Part shown: in pieces, positions 27,838 through 37,155 of the stretch
Numbering within the stretch: the first letter of the stretch is position 1
Layout: each line of letters starts with the position of its first letter
Origin: Citrobacter phage phiNP
Sequence record: OR565852
DNA: 44,932 bases
Reading direction: 5' to 3' (one strand)
Position numbers and translations under genes: made by a program
Notes under the pieces: generated by a model
What the model was told of the DNA's origin: nothing
Databases searched by the model: none
Seen by the model: the letters and a program-made list of their open reading frames with translations, nothing else

Positions 27838-28533
27838 TCACATTTCCAGCGCATTAGCCACTTCCAGCCCTTCGCGCCTGATGAGGATCGTTTGCAGCGC
27901 CTGAGTGTCAAGCTCGACGAATGCCGCTTTAAATCTCGCCCAGTGCGATGCATACACACGTAACCAGGTTGAACGATCCACAGACATCATTCGCGCCAGC
28001 GCCGCACCGGCGTATTCTTTATATGTGTCATTGCTTCTGGCCGCAGCCACCTCCTGCGCTGCCAGCCAGACAAGACCGACCAGTTTTTTCACTACCCGTG
28101 ATTGCAGCTTCTTCTCTACCCTGCAATTCTGAAACTCATTCCATACATGCTGGCACATCAGCGTCTGGTACCTGAAGTTCAGATCGAAACCGTAGCAGTA
28201 ACGGATCCATGCCTGCTGGTAGTCATCCAGTGAATTGATTACCCGGCGCCACGGCGCGTAACTAAATTCCAGATCCTGCATTGGCGGGAACGGTCGCCGC
28301 CGGCTTCTCGTTTCCAGCACATAAACAGGCGTGGTTAATGCCTTCACAAGCGAGTGTCCACAGCCTTCCCCGCCCTCCAGTTCGATAAGAGGCTGCCCGC
28401 AGCGGGGCGTTTTATTTTTGTCTGCCGGTGGATGTTCGCTAAACGCCTGCAGTTGCCCCTTTGTCCCTTCAGATAAATTCGCCAGGGCGCGCTTTACTTC
28501 TATACGGGTATATTCAATGGCCTGTAAGTTCAT
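27838..28533 (-). CDS. Putative Q-like late-gene antiterminator
   Basis: 231 aa immediately upstream of the promoter/terminator region and lysis genes; Cys/His cluster (CGQPLIELEGGEGCGH). Confidence 0.5.
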   Translation of the reverse strand: MNLQAIEYTRIEVKRALANLSEGTKGQLQAFSEHPPADKNKTPRCGQPLIELEGGEGCGHSLVKALTTPVYVLETRSRRRPFPPMQDLEFSYAPWRRVINSLDDYQQAWIRYCYGFDLNFRYQTLMCQHVWNEFQNCRVEKKLQSRVVKKLVGLVWLAAQEVAAARSNDTYKEYAGAALARMMSVDRSTWLRVYASHWARFKAAFVELDTQALQTILIRREGLEVANALEM

Positions 28534-28554
28534 TCAGATTAGCGCTCCATACAC

Positions 28555-29646
28555 TTACGCTTTAACAATTACGCCGATCGCCAGCGCCCGATCCAGAAAA
28601 CGAAACAGCAGTTCCAGCTGTGTGCCATATTTCTGCTCGAACGCCGCTACATCGGCATGCAATTTGTCGTGGCACTCTCTGCACAGAGGGAACACGAACA
28701 GGTCATGGGCTTTGGTAGCAGTGCCACCCATCCCATGACCGATAACATGATGCGGATCGTCTGCCGGACGGCGACAACACTCGCAGGGCTGACTTTTAAC
28801 CCAGCGCGTATACTTCTCATTCTCCCAGCGGCGGCGCTTAGGCCGTAACATGAACGACTCCGGTGATTCAGGATCTGCGCTCAATGCAATAACCCTTGGC
28901 TGCTGCTCCTGCATTACCTGCTGATTTTCCTGTGGCCTGCACCTTTTTAACGATCCAGCCGTTTTTATCCTCCTCTGCAGGGCGACGGTTGGTCGGTTAT
29001 CTGCGGCAATAATGTCGCTTTCTTTATATACAGATGGGAACGGTTCATAGGGCATCTGCATCACTCTGGCTGCCAGTTCTTCCGGAATGGCATCTGCCAC
29101 ACCGACATAAATAGCCCACCAGCACAGCTCAGCGATCGACAATTCCCGCTCGCGATTAAACCGAAGGCCGACCAGCACGGTATCAATGATCCAGTCAATA
29201 ACGTTACGGCGCGCTATACCAGCCAACAGATCGGTTGACTGCTCACGAAGTTTGTTATCGCAGTGCCAGCAAAGCATCATCGCGCCCGGGGCGTGTCGCA
29301 TGGTCACCAGCTCATGATGGTGATAATCCGAGTGCGGGTACTGACATTCACCGATATTCCGCTCAAGCCAGTGATCCAGCCCGGAGAGACTACCCGCAGC
29401 ACGGATCACCCTCTCATCAGTGAAGAATGGGATCAGCGCTTCATCCTCCGCCAGCGGCTGCCGGGCATCAGGAACACGGCCGGTTGACAGCCTGGCCATG
29501 TTCTCCGGTTCGGACTCCACCAGCACGCGCCCCGCGGAGAAAAGGCGCATTAACTCTTTGCCCGGTTTGAGCAGTACCACGCCAAGACGTGGCACAACTT
29601 CAGGGGTTAACAGCGCTCTCATGCAACCTCCCGCTGCTGGTTGCAT
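28555..29646 (-). CDS. DUF968-like protein with C-terminal HNH/Zn-finger-like motif
   Basis: 363 aa; C-terminal CECCRR..HHVIGHGMGG..LCRECHDKLH. Confidence 0.55.
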   Translation of the reverse strand: MQPAAGGCMRALLTPEVVPRLGVVLLKPGKELMRLFSAGRVLVESEPENMARLSTGRVPDARQPLAEDEALIPFFTDERVIRAAGSLSGLDHWLERNIGECQYPHSDYHHHELVTMRHAPGAMMLCWHCDNKLREQSTDLLAGIARRNVIDWIIDTVLVGLRFNRERELSIAELCWWAIYVGVADAIPEELAARVMQMPYEPFPSVYKESDIIAADNRPTVALQRRIKTAGSLKRCRPQENQQVMQEQQPRVIALSADPESPESFMLRPKRRRWENEKYTRWVKSQPCECCRRPADDPHHVIGHGMGGTATKAHDLFVFPLCRECHDKLHADVAAFEQKYGTQLELLFRFLDRALAIGVIVKA

Positions 29647-31379
29647 AACTCGGGCAGGTTGGCTTCTACCAGCGCACGGGCAAACGGGGGCGGAACGGCG
29701 TTACCGCAGCGCGCTACCTGCTTGTCTTTTGCATAGCGCTGGCCGCGATAATCACGATCGATAATGTAACCTTCAGGAAAGCCCTGGGCCTTATACAACT
29801 CATGAGGCTGCAACATGCGCATGCCAATATCGACGATCTGGTAGTCGGCACCATCAACCGTTACCAGGCCGAAGCGATCATTGGTTGTGACGGTTCCCAG
29901 CGGTTCATCCAGCGATACGCCGCTTTTTTCATTTCCGTAGTACTTCATCAGGAAGGCGCGAACCTCTCCGATATGCAGACCGCCGGCGGTCACCGTAGGC
30001 ATGGGCTGATCCACTTTTCGACCGTCTTTGCAGGTACCGCGCAGATGAACCAGGTGTGAGGTCACAACAGCATGGTGATCAGTGGTCGTAACGGTATGCG
30101 CAGGTGCATCCATAGCGGCACCCGGCCCCGTATAATTACCGCCGAAGTGTTTCGCCAGAAAGGTGGTCACCAGCTGCGACTTTCCACCACCGCCAGCGGT
30201 TACTGTTCCATTGGGTTCATCAGCGCCGTGTCCGGTACTGTTACCAAACTGGCGGGCTATCATTGGCGCCACCAGGCAGGCGCGGGACTCTTTTAACACG
30301 GTGTGGGCCGGTTTATTTATCGCCCGCGGCTTCGCCTGATATTCGCTACCACCATTACCGGCGATAAACGGGGTAACGACAGCGTATCCATGGGTTTTGG
30401 TAATAGTCTGCAGCGGACTATCAATGCCCTGCCCACGAAAGCAGTCATATGCCGTGCGGCTGCTGGTGTGATTACACTTCACAATAAACGGTGTCGGGTT
30501 GTTCAGCACAAACCGCTCAATACCACGCGCAATGCGCTTCAGCGTATTTTCCGCCAGCAGCTTTGGGCGCTCAAAAATGCTCTGGCAGGGGATTGACCAG
30601 TCGATACACTCCGCCGCGGTACGCCATGGCGCCAGCCTGCCGCTCTGAACTTCCAGCGATTTAGGATCGCCATGTGTTGGCTCTGGCCAGTGAATTTCCT
30701 CACCATCACAGCGCATGACCATGAAGAATCGCTTGCGGATCGTCGGCGCGCCGAAATCGCAGGCTCGCAGTTCGCGATAATCGATGCCGTAGCCCAGCCC
30801 GTTAATAAGGCGCTGCGCCTGCTCGCTGCCTTTAGGTACAGACAGGAACTCGCACACCTCAGACAGGGCGGGATGATCCGCAGGTATGCCGGTGGATAGC
30901 ATGCCAACAAACGCCGCGAAGGTTTCGCCCGCGCGGGATGGATCCGGGCGCATTTCGTCTGCCAGCAGCGGCCCCCACGTTTTGAACTCCTCCACGTTCT
31001 CCAGCATCATGACACGCGGGCGCTTCGCCAGCGCCCAGCGTACTACTACCCACGCCAGACCGCGAATCTCTTTTTTTACCGGCTTAGCACCCTTCGCCTT
31101 TGAGAAGTGGCGGCAATCAGGGCTAAACCAGGCCAGGCCGACCGGATTACCACCAGTGGCCGCCAGCGGATCAACGTCAAACACGGACTCGCAGTAATGC
31201 AGGGTATCGGGGTGGTTAGTTTTGTGCATAGCGATCGCGTTTTCATCGTGGTTGATGGCAATATCCACGCTGCGCCCGATCGCCAGCTCGATCCCGGTAC
31301 TCGCGCCGCCGCCACCAGCAAAGTTATCAACGATAATTTCACGCATTGACGGCTCCCTGCATGCTGTAGACCAGACCAC
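29619..31379 (-). CDS. DNA cytosine-5 methyltransferase with long, internally repetitive variable region
   Basis: 586 aa; motif I DNFAGGGG, motif IV SPDC, motif VI ENV, C-terminal GNAV; ~280-aa variable region with six P..T(V/I)T..(V/L)VT repeats. Confidence 0.8.
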   Translation of the reverse strand: MVWSTACREPSMREIIVDNFAGGGGASTGIELAIGRSVDIAINHDENAIAMHKTNHPDTLHYCESVFDVDPLAATGGNPVGLAWFSPDCRHFSKAKGAKPVKKEIRGLAWVVVRWALAKRPRVMMLENVEEFKTWGPLLADEMRPDPSRAGETFAAFVGMLSTGIPADHPALSEVCEFLSVPKGSEQAQRLINGLGYGIDYRELRACDFGAPTIRKRFFMVMRCDGEEIHWPEPTHGDPKSLEVQSGRLAPWRTAAECIDWSIPCQSIFERPKLLAENTLKRIARGIERFVLNNPTPFIVKCNHTSSRTAYDCFRGQGIDSPLQTITKTHGYAVVTPFIAGNGGSEYQAKPRAINKPAHTVLKESRACLVAPMIARQFGNSTGHGADEPNGTVTAGGGGKSQLVTTFLAKHFGGNYTGPGAAMDAPAHTVTTTDHHAVVTSHLVHLRGTCKDGRKVDQPMPTVTAGGLHIGEVRAFLMKYYGNEKSGVSLDEPLGTVTTNDRFGLVTVDGADYQIVDIGMRMLQPHELYKAQGFPEGYIIDRDYRGQRYAKDKQVARCGNAVPPPFARALVEANLPELCNQQREVA

Positions 31380-32220
31380 CAGCCACGGTGATTATTTCGC
31401 TGGTGGGCATACGCTCAAGCCAGAGCTGATTGATGTTCGCCTTCAGCTTGTTCTGCTGGGCCAACTCCAGAGAATCCGCTCCCTCAACCTGATTGAATAC
31501 CAGGCCAACCTCCAGCGGCCAGATACGCGACTCCACTTCTGGCTGTCCCAAGCCAGCAGGCATAACGTCTTCCACCGGGGCTGGCGGCACCACTTTTTCC
31601 GCGGCAAATTGGGCCAGCGACATAAATGCCCGCCCCTTAGCCTCTAGATCACTGCGATGAATGTAGCTGAAACGCTCGCCCCGCCATGTCTTATCGAATA
31701 CCACTATGGCGCCAGCGAAAAATGCGCTGGTAGGCTGCTGTTTCTCGTCTGCCGGGATAAACCATGCAGGCAGGTCGAAGCCAATGCGGCCACGGATGAA
31801 AACAATATGATCAGCATCTTCAGGCCACCATGTTTCACTAGGTGCCGCTTTGATGAGGAACACATAGCGACCGCCCTTCTCACGCATGGCAGAGGCATAG
31901 CTCATGATATGACTCATGCCGGTGATCGCCTGCTTACCGTCGTATTGCGATCGGCTATAGGGCGGATTGCCGAACGCGGCGCCACCGATGGCGATCAGCA
32001 TTTCCGACCAATCCTGTGTCAGAGCGTTATCTTCGGCGGTGTACCAGACCGGGCATTTGGCGTTACTGTCGTCGGCGAACAAATCCAGCATCAGCGGCCC
32101 AAACATCGCATTGATGCCCCAGAACAACAGTTCCGGCGTGCGCCACTGATCGCCAACTTCTTTTAACTCGTGGACTGGCTTGCTACGTAGTTCAGCCAGC
32201 GCCAGGCAGTATTTATTCAT
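31339..32220 (-). CDS. Phage-type N6-adenine DNA methyltransferase (NPPY) with C-terminal extension
   Basis: 293 aa; WRTPELLF and FGNPPYS motifs of the phage Dam family; ~120-aa C-terminal extension of unknown function. Confidence 0.65.
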   Translation of the reverse strand: MNKYCLALAELRSKPVHELKEVGDQWRTPELLFWGINAMFGPLMLDLFADDSNAKCPVWYTAEDNALTQDWSEMLIAIGGAAFGNPPYSRSQYDGKQAITGMSHIMSYASAMREKGGRYVFLIKAAPSETWWPEDADHIVFIRGRIGFDLPAWFIPADEKQQPTSAFFAGAIVVFDKTWRGERFSYIHRSDLEAKGRAFMSLAQFAAEKVVPPAPVEDVMPAGLGQPEVESRIWPLEVGLVFNQVEGADSLELAQQNKLKANINQLWLERMPTSEIITVAGGLVYSMQGAVNA

Positions 32221-33089
32221 GAGCGAAATCCCGAGTTTTCTGGTAGTGAATAATCCACATCTTTGAAGGTTGCCCGCGCAGCAGGGCTGTGGTTGTTAAC
32301 CCACTCGCCATTTTTGCGCTCAGGGCGACCAGCCTTGTGCCATTTGTTCGCGGCCTGCAGGTAACCAGGGAATTTCGTTGGGTGAAACAGTGTCGTAGGT
32401 CGAAGGTACTCGGACATTTTAAAATCCTGCCCCCATTTCTCGGTCATGTACTCCACAACCAGAGTGAGTTCGTAGATGGTGAACCCCTCCCCCAGCCGGG
32501 CGCGAATATTCTCCAGCGACGTTTTCCCCACCTGATAACGGGATCCTGTTTTTTGGTTCAGAAAAGTCAGAACCTGTTTAGCCTGATCAGTGATCTCCAC
32601 AGCAGGGGCGGGTTGCGACGCAACCGGACAAGAAGTTTTTTTATCTGATGGATCAGTAGTTGATTTTACTGACGGATCCCCGCCAGATTCTGACGGGTGA
32701 AAACCGCCATTTTTATCAGATTTTGACGCCTCAATTTTTGACGGGTCAGATTTTGATGCGTCAGATTTTGACGGGTCAGAATCTGGCAGGTGAGAGAATG
32801 CCGCCGCCTGGAGTTTCCTCACATTAAGTCGATAAACATTGGATGCATTACGGTTACCCTGGCGGCGAGCGGTACGGGTCAACCACCCTTCAGCTTCCAG
32901 CTTTGCAATAGCCGTTCTGACTGTGCTGGACCCCGCCCCAATCTGGCGAGCGATAGTCTCAATGGACGGCCAGGAAACGCCTTCATCGTTACTGAAGTCT
33001 GCCAGGCGTGCCATGATTGCGACACTGGAAATCTTCATGCCAGCCGCCGCACAGCCATCCCAGACGTATGCAGATAATTTAACGCTCAC
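32217..33089 (-). CDS. Replication initiator protein (O-like) containing the origin iterons
   Basis: 290 aa; GTG start; N-terminal HTH-like region; central SDPSKSDASKSDPSKIEASKSD peptide repeats encoded by the iteron array. Confidence 0.6.
   Translation of the reverse strand: MSVKLSAYVWDGCAAAGMKISSVAIMARLADFSNDEGVSWPSIETIARQIGAGSSTVRTAIAKLEAEGWLTRTARRQGNRNASNVYRLNVRKLQAAAFSHLPDSDPSKSDASKSDPSKIEASKSDKNGGFHPSESGGDPSVKSTTDPSDKKTSCPVASQPAPAVEITDQAKQVLTFLNQKTGSRYQVGKTSLENIRARLGEGFTIYELTLVVEYMTEKWGQDFKMSEYLRPTTLFHPTKFPGYLQAANKWHKAGRPERKNGEWVNNHSPAARATFKDVDYSLPENSGFRS
32661..32790. repeat. Iteron array (putative origin of replication)
   Basis: Seven ~15-bp units of consensus TCAGATTTTGACGGG; five are contiguous from 32716 to 32790. 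Confidence 0.6.
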
Positions 33090-33265
33090 TTATCTACCCT
33101 CACGAATCTGGAACGAAACACGATCAGCGGTGCCGCACATTCCCAGTCATATCCTGGGCGGCGGTAGATAACACGCTGTCCAGTTGCGTCATAACCGATC
33201 ACATTTACGACAATACCGTGATGATCCCGGTAATATCGGTTCAGAGGTTGAATATGCTCTGTCAC
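33086..33265 (-). CDS. Hypothetical small protein (GTG start)
   Basis: 59-aa ORF found by manual translation; SD-like GGGGGG upstream; start and stop are translationally coupled to both neighbours. Confidence 0.3.
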   Translation of the reverse strand: MTEHIQPLNRYYRDHHGIVVNVIGYDATGQRVIYRRPGYDWECAAPLIVFRSRFVRVDK

Positions 33266-33266
33266 G

Positions 33267-34001
33267 TTAGCCCCCCATCAATTCGGAGGCGTAGCGCTCG
33301 GCGATCCACTGGACGCCACGAGGTGTTACGCGGGTTTGCGTATAGGCATGACCGAAATCAGACGTGCCGGTTTTGACAGTGAACAGGCCCTCCCGCTGGC
33401 GCAGGGCATGAGGCAGCAAATTGCCGGACTGGCGGAACAAAACCTTGTCACGCACCAGTGCATCTATCATGGCTTTTTCCGGCATGTTGAGGATCTTCGC
33501 CGTCTCACGCAGGCCTTTGGCGCCGCCAGACTCTACGTAGTGGTTTACGAACGCCACCTTTGGCGCGTCCTGCTGAACCTTATGTGACAGCTGCGCATTC
33601 TGCTCTGCCATATCGGCGGCCAGGCGGAGCGCTTCGGGGAGGGTCTGGGGAATTAATGCTGTGCTTTCCAGCTCCTGCCAGCGATCCACAACCGCAGCCG
33701 TAAACTCAGGAGAAAGTCTGGCAACCAGCACCAAAGAATCGCGTTTGTTGAACCGATATTCCTGATAAACGTTGCCGTTATGCTCAAAATCGAACTGCGC
33801 CAACGGCGCGGTTAAAAGACCAGCAGCATTCAGGCGCTCAGCGGAGCGTTTGACGTCACCATGTTTACTCTGCACAAGAGCGGCGATTTCACGGCTGCTC
33901 ATTGTCACTACGCCGCCGAATGCAGGTGAAAAACCAGCAGCCTGTGCGCGATTAATCAATTGCTGTGGCATTTTGCTGACCTCCCCGGGAAATAAAGTCA
34001 C
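33267..34001 (-). CDS. Rha-family regulatory protein / antirepressor with KilAC-like C-terminal domain
   Basis: 244 aa; N-terminal [24 protein letters not shown] (Rha-like) and C-terminal ...[15 protein letters not shown] (KilAC-like). Confidence 0.6.
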   Translation of the reverse strand: MTLFPGEVSKMPQQLINRAQAAGFSPAFGGVVTMSSREIAALVQSKHGDVKRSAERLNAAGLLTAPLAQFDFEHNGNVYQEYRFNKRDSLVLVARLSPEFTAAVVDRWQELESTALIPQTLPEALRLAADMAEQNAQLSHKVQQDAPKVAFVNHYVESGGAKGLRETAKILNMPEKAMIDALVRDKVLFRQSGNLLPHALRQREGLFTVKTGTSDFGHAYTQTRVTPRGVQWIAERYASELMGG

Positions 34002-34149
34002 CCACAGCCCACTCGGTAAAGCTGTGGTTCACGAGTGCCCAGCCGCCGGGTACTCTTACGGCATAGCAATACGTGACATCGCCTTTGCCACCACGAACTG
34101 GCAGCGCGCGAAGTTGCGAACGCTGGCTATTTGCGGTTAAATTGCTCAT
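33952..34149 (-). CDS. Hypothetical small protein
   Basis: 66 aa; ATG overlaps the TGA of the upstream CII-like gene (ATGA coupling). Confidence 0.3.
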   Translation of the reverse strand: MSNLTANSQRSQLRALPVRGGKGDVTYCYAVRVPGGWALVNHSFTEWAVGDFISRGGQQNATAID

Positions 34150-34703
34150 GCGGATTTCTCCATACACATAGATTTATCTGCCACGACGCCCGGAGCTGCA
34201 CACTCGCGGGCGTCACTCTTTTCTGGCTGGCAGAAAACGCGGAAAAGCAGCGTTAAATGCTCCTGCCACTTAGCCATGACCTGATAGCTGTTCTCCTCTA
34301 TCTGCGCCCTTTCGGCATCGTCAATCACGCCGTCTGCTGTCGCCTTTCGCACATACTGAGAATGACGCCCGATCCATTCGACCGACTCCATCAGACGTTG
34401 ATTGATGTCGGCGTTATCAACTTCTTCCACGTCCGCCAGCGGCACGAATACGCCGTTTGAATGGCGCGCTATGGCATCGGCGATGTGGTTTGAGCCACCA
34501 GCGCTCTGCAGCACCATTGCCCAGCCCAGCGGGAAAACCTGGTCGCCGTCGGCACGCAGGCGGTTAAAGAGCGAATTTTCCGTAACATCAAGCCATTCAG
34601 CCGCCTCGGCGTATCCGCCAGGCAGTTCAGCGATCGTTTTTTTAATTGCTGCCACCAGCCAGGCTGGCTGACGTTCAACTTTCCACTGCGGTTCGTTACC
34701 CAC
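34146..34703 (-). CDS. Putative CII-like early regulatory protein
   Basis: 185 aa directly downstream of cro; assignment by position and weak recollection only. Confidence 0.35.
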   Translation of the reverse strand: MGNEPQWKVERQPAWLVAAIKKTIAELPGGYAEAAEWLDVTENSLFNRLRADGDQVFPLGWAMVLQSAGGSNHIADAIARHSNGVFVPLADVEEVDNADINQRLMESVEWIGRHSQYVRKATADGVIDDAERAQIEENSYQVMAKWQEHLTLLFRVFCQPEKSDARECAAPGVVADKSMCMEKSA

Positions 34704-34959
34704 GGCTATCCCCTTTTTTCTGTGGTGCAGCTTTAACGCTCTTCCCTGTAGGGTTTACATAACGCTGCGGGTACAAAATCTGGAGTTCGTCTATCTGGCC
34801 CGAATAAAACTTCACCAGCCTTTCAGCTACATCGAGAGAAGCAATTTGCTGTCCCCGTTCAATTCGGCTTAAGTTGGCAGGATCAATGCCCACCAAGTTG
34901 GCGACATATGAGAGTGTTAAATTTTGCGATTTTCGCAAATTTCTTAGCGGTGATTGCAT
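34696..34959 (-). CDS. cro: Cro-like HTH (XRE family) repressor
   Basis: 87 aa; HTH LTLSYVANLVGIDPANLSRIERG; divergent from cI. Confidence 0.7.
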   Translation of the reverse strand: MQSPLRNLRKSQNLTLSYVANLVGIDPANLSRIERGQQIASLDVAERLVKFYSGQIDELQILYPQRYVNPTGKSVKAAPQKKGDSRG

Positions 34960-35057
34960 AAAGCCCCCTATAATTGCGCAATACGCATATTAATGTGTAC
35001 TTACGACTTGCGCAAGTTGCTTTGCATATCACGCAAAAACAACCTGTAATAGAACGC
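34960..35057. promoter_or_regulatory. Immunity-region operators/promoters (OR-like)
   Basis: Divergent cro/cI intergenic region with TTGCGCAATACGCA, CTTGCGCAAG and ACGCAA elements. Confidence 0.5.
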
Positions 35058-35753
35058 ATGAACATAGGAAACCGCATTAGAGAATTGCGCCTCGCAAGAG
35101 GCATGAAAATTTCTGACCTTGCTGATGCTGTTGGTATTGACGGCGCGAACGTTTCTCGCGTAGAGACCGGTAAGCAAAAGTCATTTACTGAACAATCGCT
35201 TAGCAAATATGCAAATGCGCTCGGCGTTGATGTTGCTGAACTCTTTACACCTTCCATAAATGAAACTACTGTATACAAATCCAGTGAGAATAATCCAGTT
35301 TATGGAGAGGATGACCCGGTGTTTAGAGTCGAAATGCTTGATGTCAGTGCCAGCGCTGGCATGGGTTTTATACAGGGTAGTGATGTCATCGATGTCATCA
35401 GATCGATTGAATACAACAGCGAACGGGCGGTCGCTCTGTTTGGTGGAAGAACGCCAGATACCGTTAAAGTGATCAACGTTCGCGGTGATAGTATGGCTGA
35501 TACTATAGAGCCAGGTGACCTAATCTTTGTTGATGTTTCAATTAATGAATTTGATGGTGATGGCATTTATGTGTTTGGTTTTGACGAGAAAATTTATGTC
35601 AAACGGTTACAGATGATTCCCGATAAAATTCTGGTGATATCTGATAATCCCAAATACAGAGAGTGGTCAGTTGATCAATCTAACGAAGACCGTTTTTATG
35701 TGTTTGGGAAAGTGATGCTTAGCCAATCACAAGCAATGAAAAGACACGGATAA
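35058..35753 (+). CDS. cI: CI-like repressor (HTH_XRE + S24 LexA-like peptidase domain)
   Basis: N-terminal HTH; C-terminal S24 motifs VRGDSMADTIEPGDLIFVD and KIYVKRL; likely start at ATG 35058 within track ORF 34974-35753. Confidence 0.85.
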   Translation: MNIGNRIRELRLARGMKISDLADAVGIDGANVSRVETGKQKSFTEQSLSKYANALGVDVAELFTPSINETTVYKSSENNPVYGEDDPVFRVEMLDVSASAGMGFIQGSDVIDVIRSIEYNSERAVALFGGRTPDTVKVINVRGDSMADTIEPGDLIFVDVSINEFDGDGIYVFGFDEKIYVKRLQMIPDKILVISDNPKYREWSVDQSNEDRFYVFGKVMLSQSQAMKRHG

Positions 35754-35768
35754 CCCCTCTCCAGCAAA

Positions 35769-35795
35769 GAGCCGCCGCTTAATGGCGGCTTTTTC
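35769..35795 (+). terminator. Rho-independent terminator after cI
   Basis: GCCGCC-gcttaat-GGCGGC stem followed by TTTTT. Confidence 0.6.
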
Positions 35796-35803
35796 ATACC
35801 CTA

Positions 35804-35859
35804 AATATTGCGAATTACGCATTTTATTACTTGCGTAATTCGCAATATTATTTTATCTT
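35804..35859 (+). promoter_or_regulatory. OL/pL-like double operator palindrome with putative promoter
   Basis: AATATTGCGAATTACGCA-9 nt-TGCGTAATTCGCAATATT; each arm is itself a 13-bp dyad; possible -35 TTGCGT and -10 TATCTT. Confidence 0.5.
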
Positions 35860-36745
35860 CATTCCATCAACAGCGAACAGGCAGGACGCCCACGAAGTAG
35901 CCGCCCGGGGCATATGAAGGCCGGGATGATTCGCTCAGAACATGGCGAAAGCCGAAAGACTTGAAGGCGGTTTTCTCAGGTTGCGCGCTAAAGCATAGCG
36001 GGGAGAACCTGGGGCGGAGAGCAAACCCCGCGATTCAGGACATGATCGCCTGTGCATACCAATAAGCCGTCTGGCAGCGTAACTGCTCTTTACATTGGCA
36101 CCGGCAAAGTGGCGCCGCTGAACCGAGGCTGGTGGATCGTAAAACCGCAGGAGCAAGCAACAAACGGTAGTCCGTATGGAGAAAAATCCGTTGAGTAAGG
36201 GGCCTGGCCGGAACCGTAACCGGCACACAACGATGAGAGCATTGACGAGCAAGGTTTAATGTCCGGTTCGATTCCAGACACCACGAAGCGGTGGCAATGG
36301 GCAGGGAAAAGGTCCGTTCAATTCGGACACCGGCAGTGCTCTCTTCGTTGTGGAGTATACAAGCGTATTGCAGCGCCGGTCGACGCAAAGACCCGTAAAT
36401 CGACTGAGCCGTAGTTACTGGCGGCCAATACCAAAACAGAGCGGCGGGAAGTAAGTAGGGGTAGCGCCCTGGTGTCACAACCAAATCACGCTTAGGACCG
36501 TGATAACCGTAGTACCAATATTGCTGTGTGTAGTCTTGGCGGTACCAGTTCCATCCCTTGAAGTCCCTGGTACCGCCCTTTTTACACAAGAGACAAGAGC
36601 ATCACCGGGCGACGGGCTCATAACCCAATCCACCCGGGCGTTAAGGAAGTGGTCTTCTCACCCATGACCAGCGCGCAGGTGCTCTTTTCTGTTGTGTATG
36701 GAGAAACTTACGGCGGCGGCAGCCGCTTAACCGAGAGGAAATGCT

Positions 36746-37117
36746 ATGAGCAATGATCGCATGACCGTAGTACCCGATTTTCTGGGTGAGCTGGACGCCG
36801 GCGTGTTCATGAACAAAATCGCCGCCGCGCTTAATACCACCGCGCTGGGTGTTCTAAATAACGGCACCAAAGGCAAAGTTGTTCTCACCTTTGATTTTGA
36901 GCGTATGGGGAATTCCGTTGAAGAGAAGCGCGTCAAGATCAAGCACAAGCTGAATTACAGCACCCCGACGCCGCGCGGTAAAGCCTCCGAAGAGGACACC
37001 ACTGAAACGCCAATGTGGGTTAACAAAGGCGGCAAGCTCACCATCCTGCAGGAGGATCAGGGGCAATTGTTCAGTATCAACGGCGCCACAGACGGAAAGC
37101 TTAAAGCGGCTCAGTGA
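36746..37117 (+). CDS. YfdP-like prophage protein (hypothetical)
   Basis: 123 aa; SD GAGGAA upstream; first ORF after the long leader. Confidence 0.45.
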   Translation: MSNDRMTVVPDFLGELDAGVFMNKIAAALNTTALGVLNNGTKGKVVLTFDFERMGNSVEEKRVKIKHKLNYSTPTPRGKASEEDTTETPMWVNKGGKLTILQEDQGQLFSINGATDGKLKAAQ

Positions 37118-37155
37118 ACCGCTGACAACTAATTCACTGCCACCAATTCGATCAT

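Noticed and set aside
32661-32790. Possible CRISPR-like array of 15-bp repeats
   Set aside because: Units are contiguous with no spacers, lie inside a coding sequence and encode peptide repeats; consistent with origin iterons, not CRISPR.
36255-36340. tRNA-like T-arm hairpin (GTCCG-TTCAATT-CGGAC) suggesting a tRNA gene
   Set aside because: No complementary acceptor-stem 5' strand or D and anticodon arms could be assembled around it; treated as part of the structured leader instead.
36035-36589. 184-aa minus-strand ORF (and overlapping 105-aa and 64-aa ORFs) inside the leader region
   Set aside because: Trp/Tyr/Cys/Arg-rich composition with no recognisable motifs or ribosome-binding context; more likely a chance open frame antisense to a structured non-coding segment.
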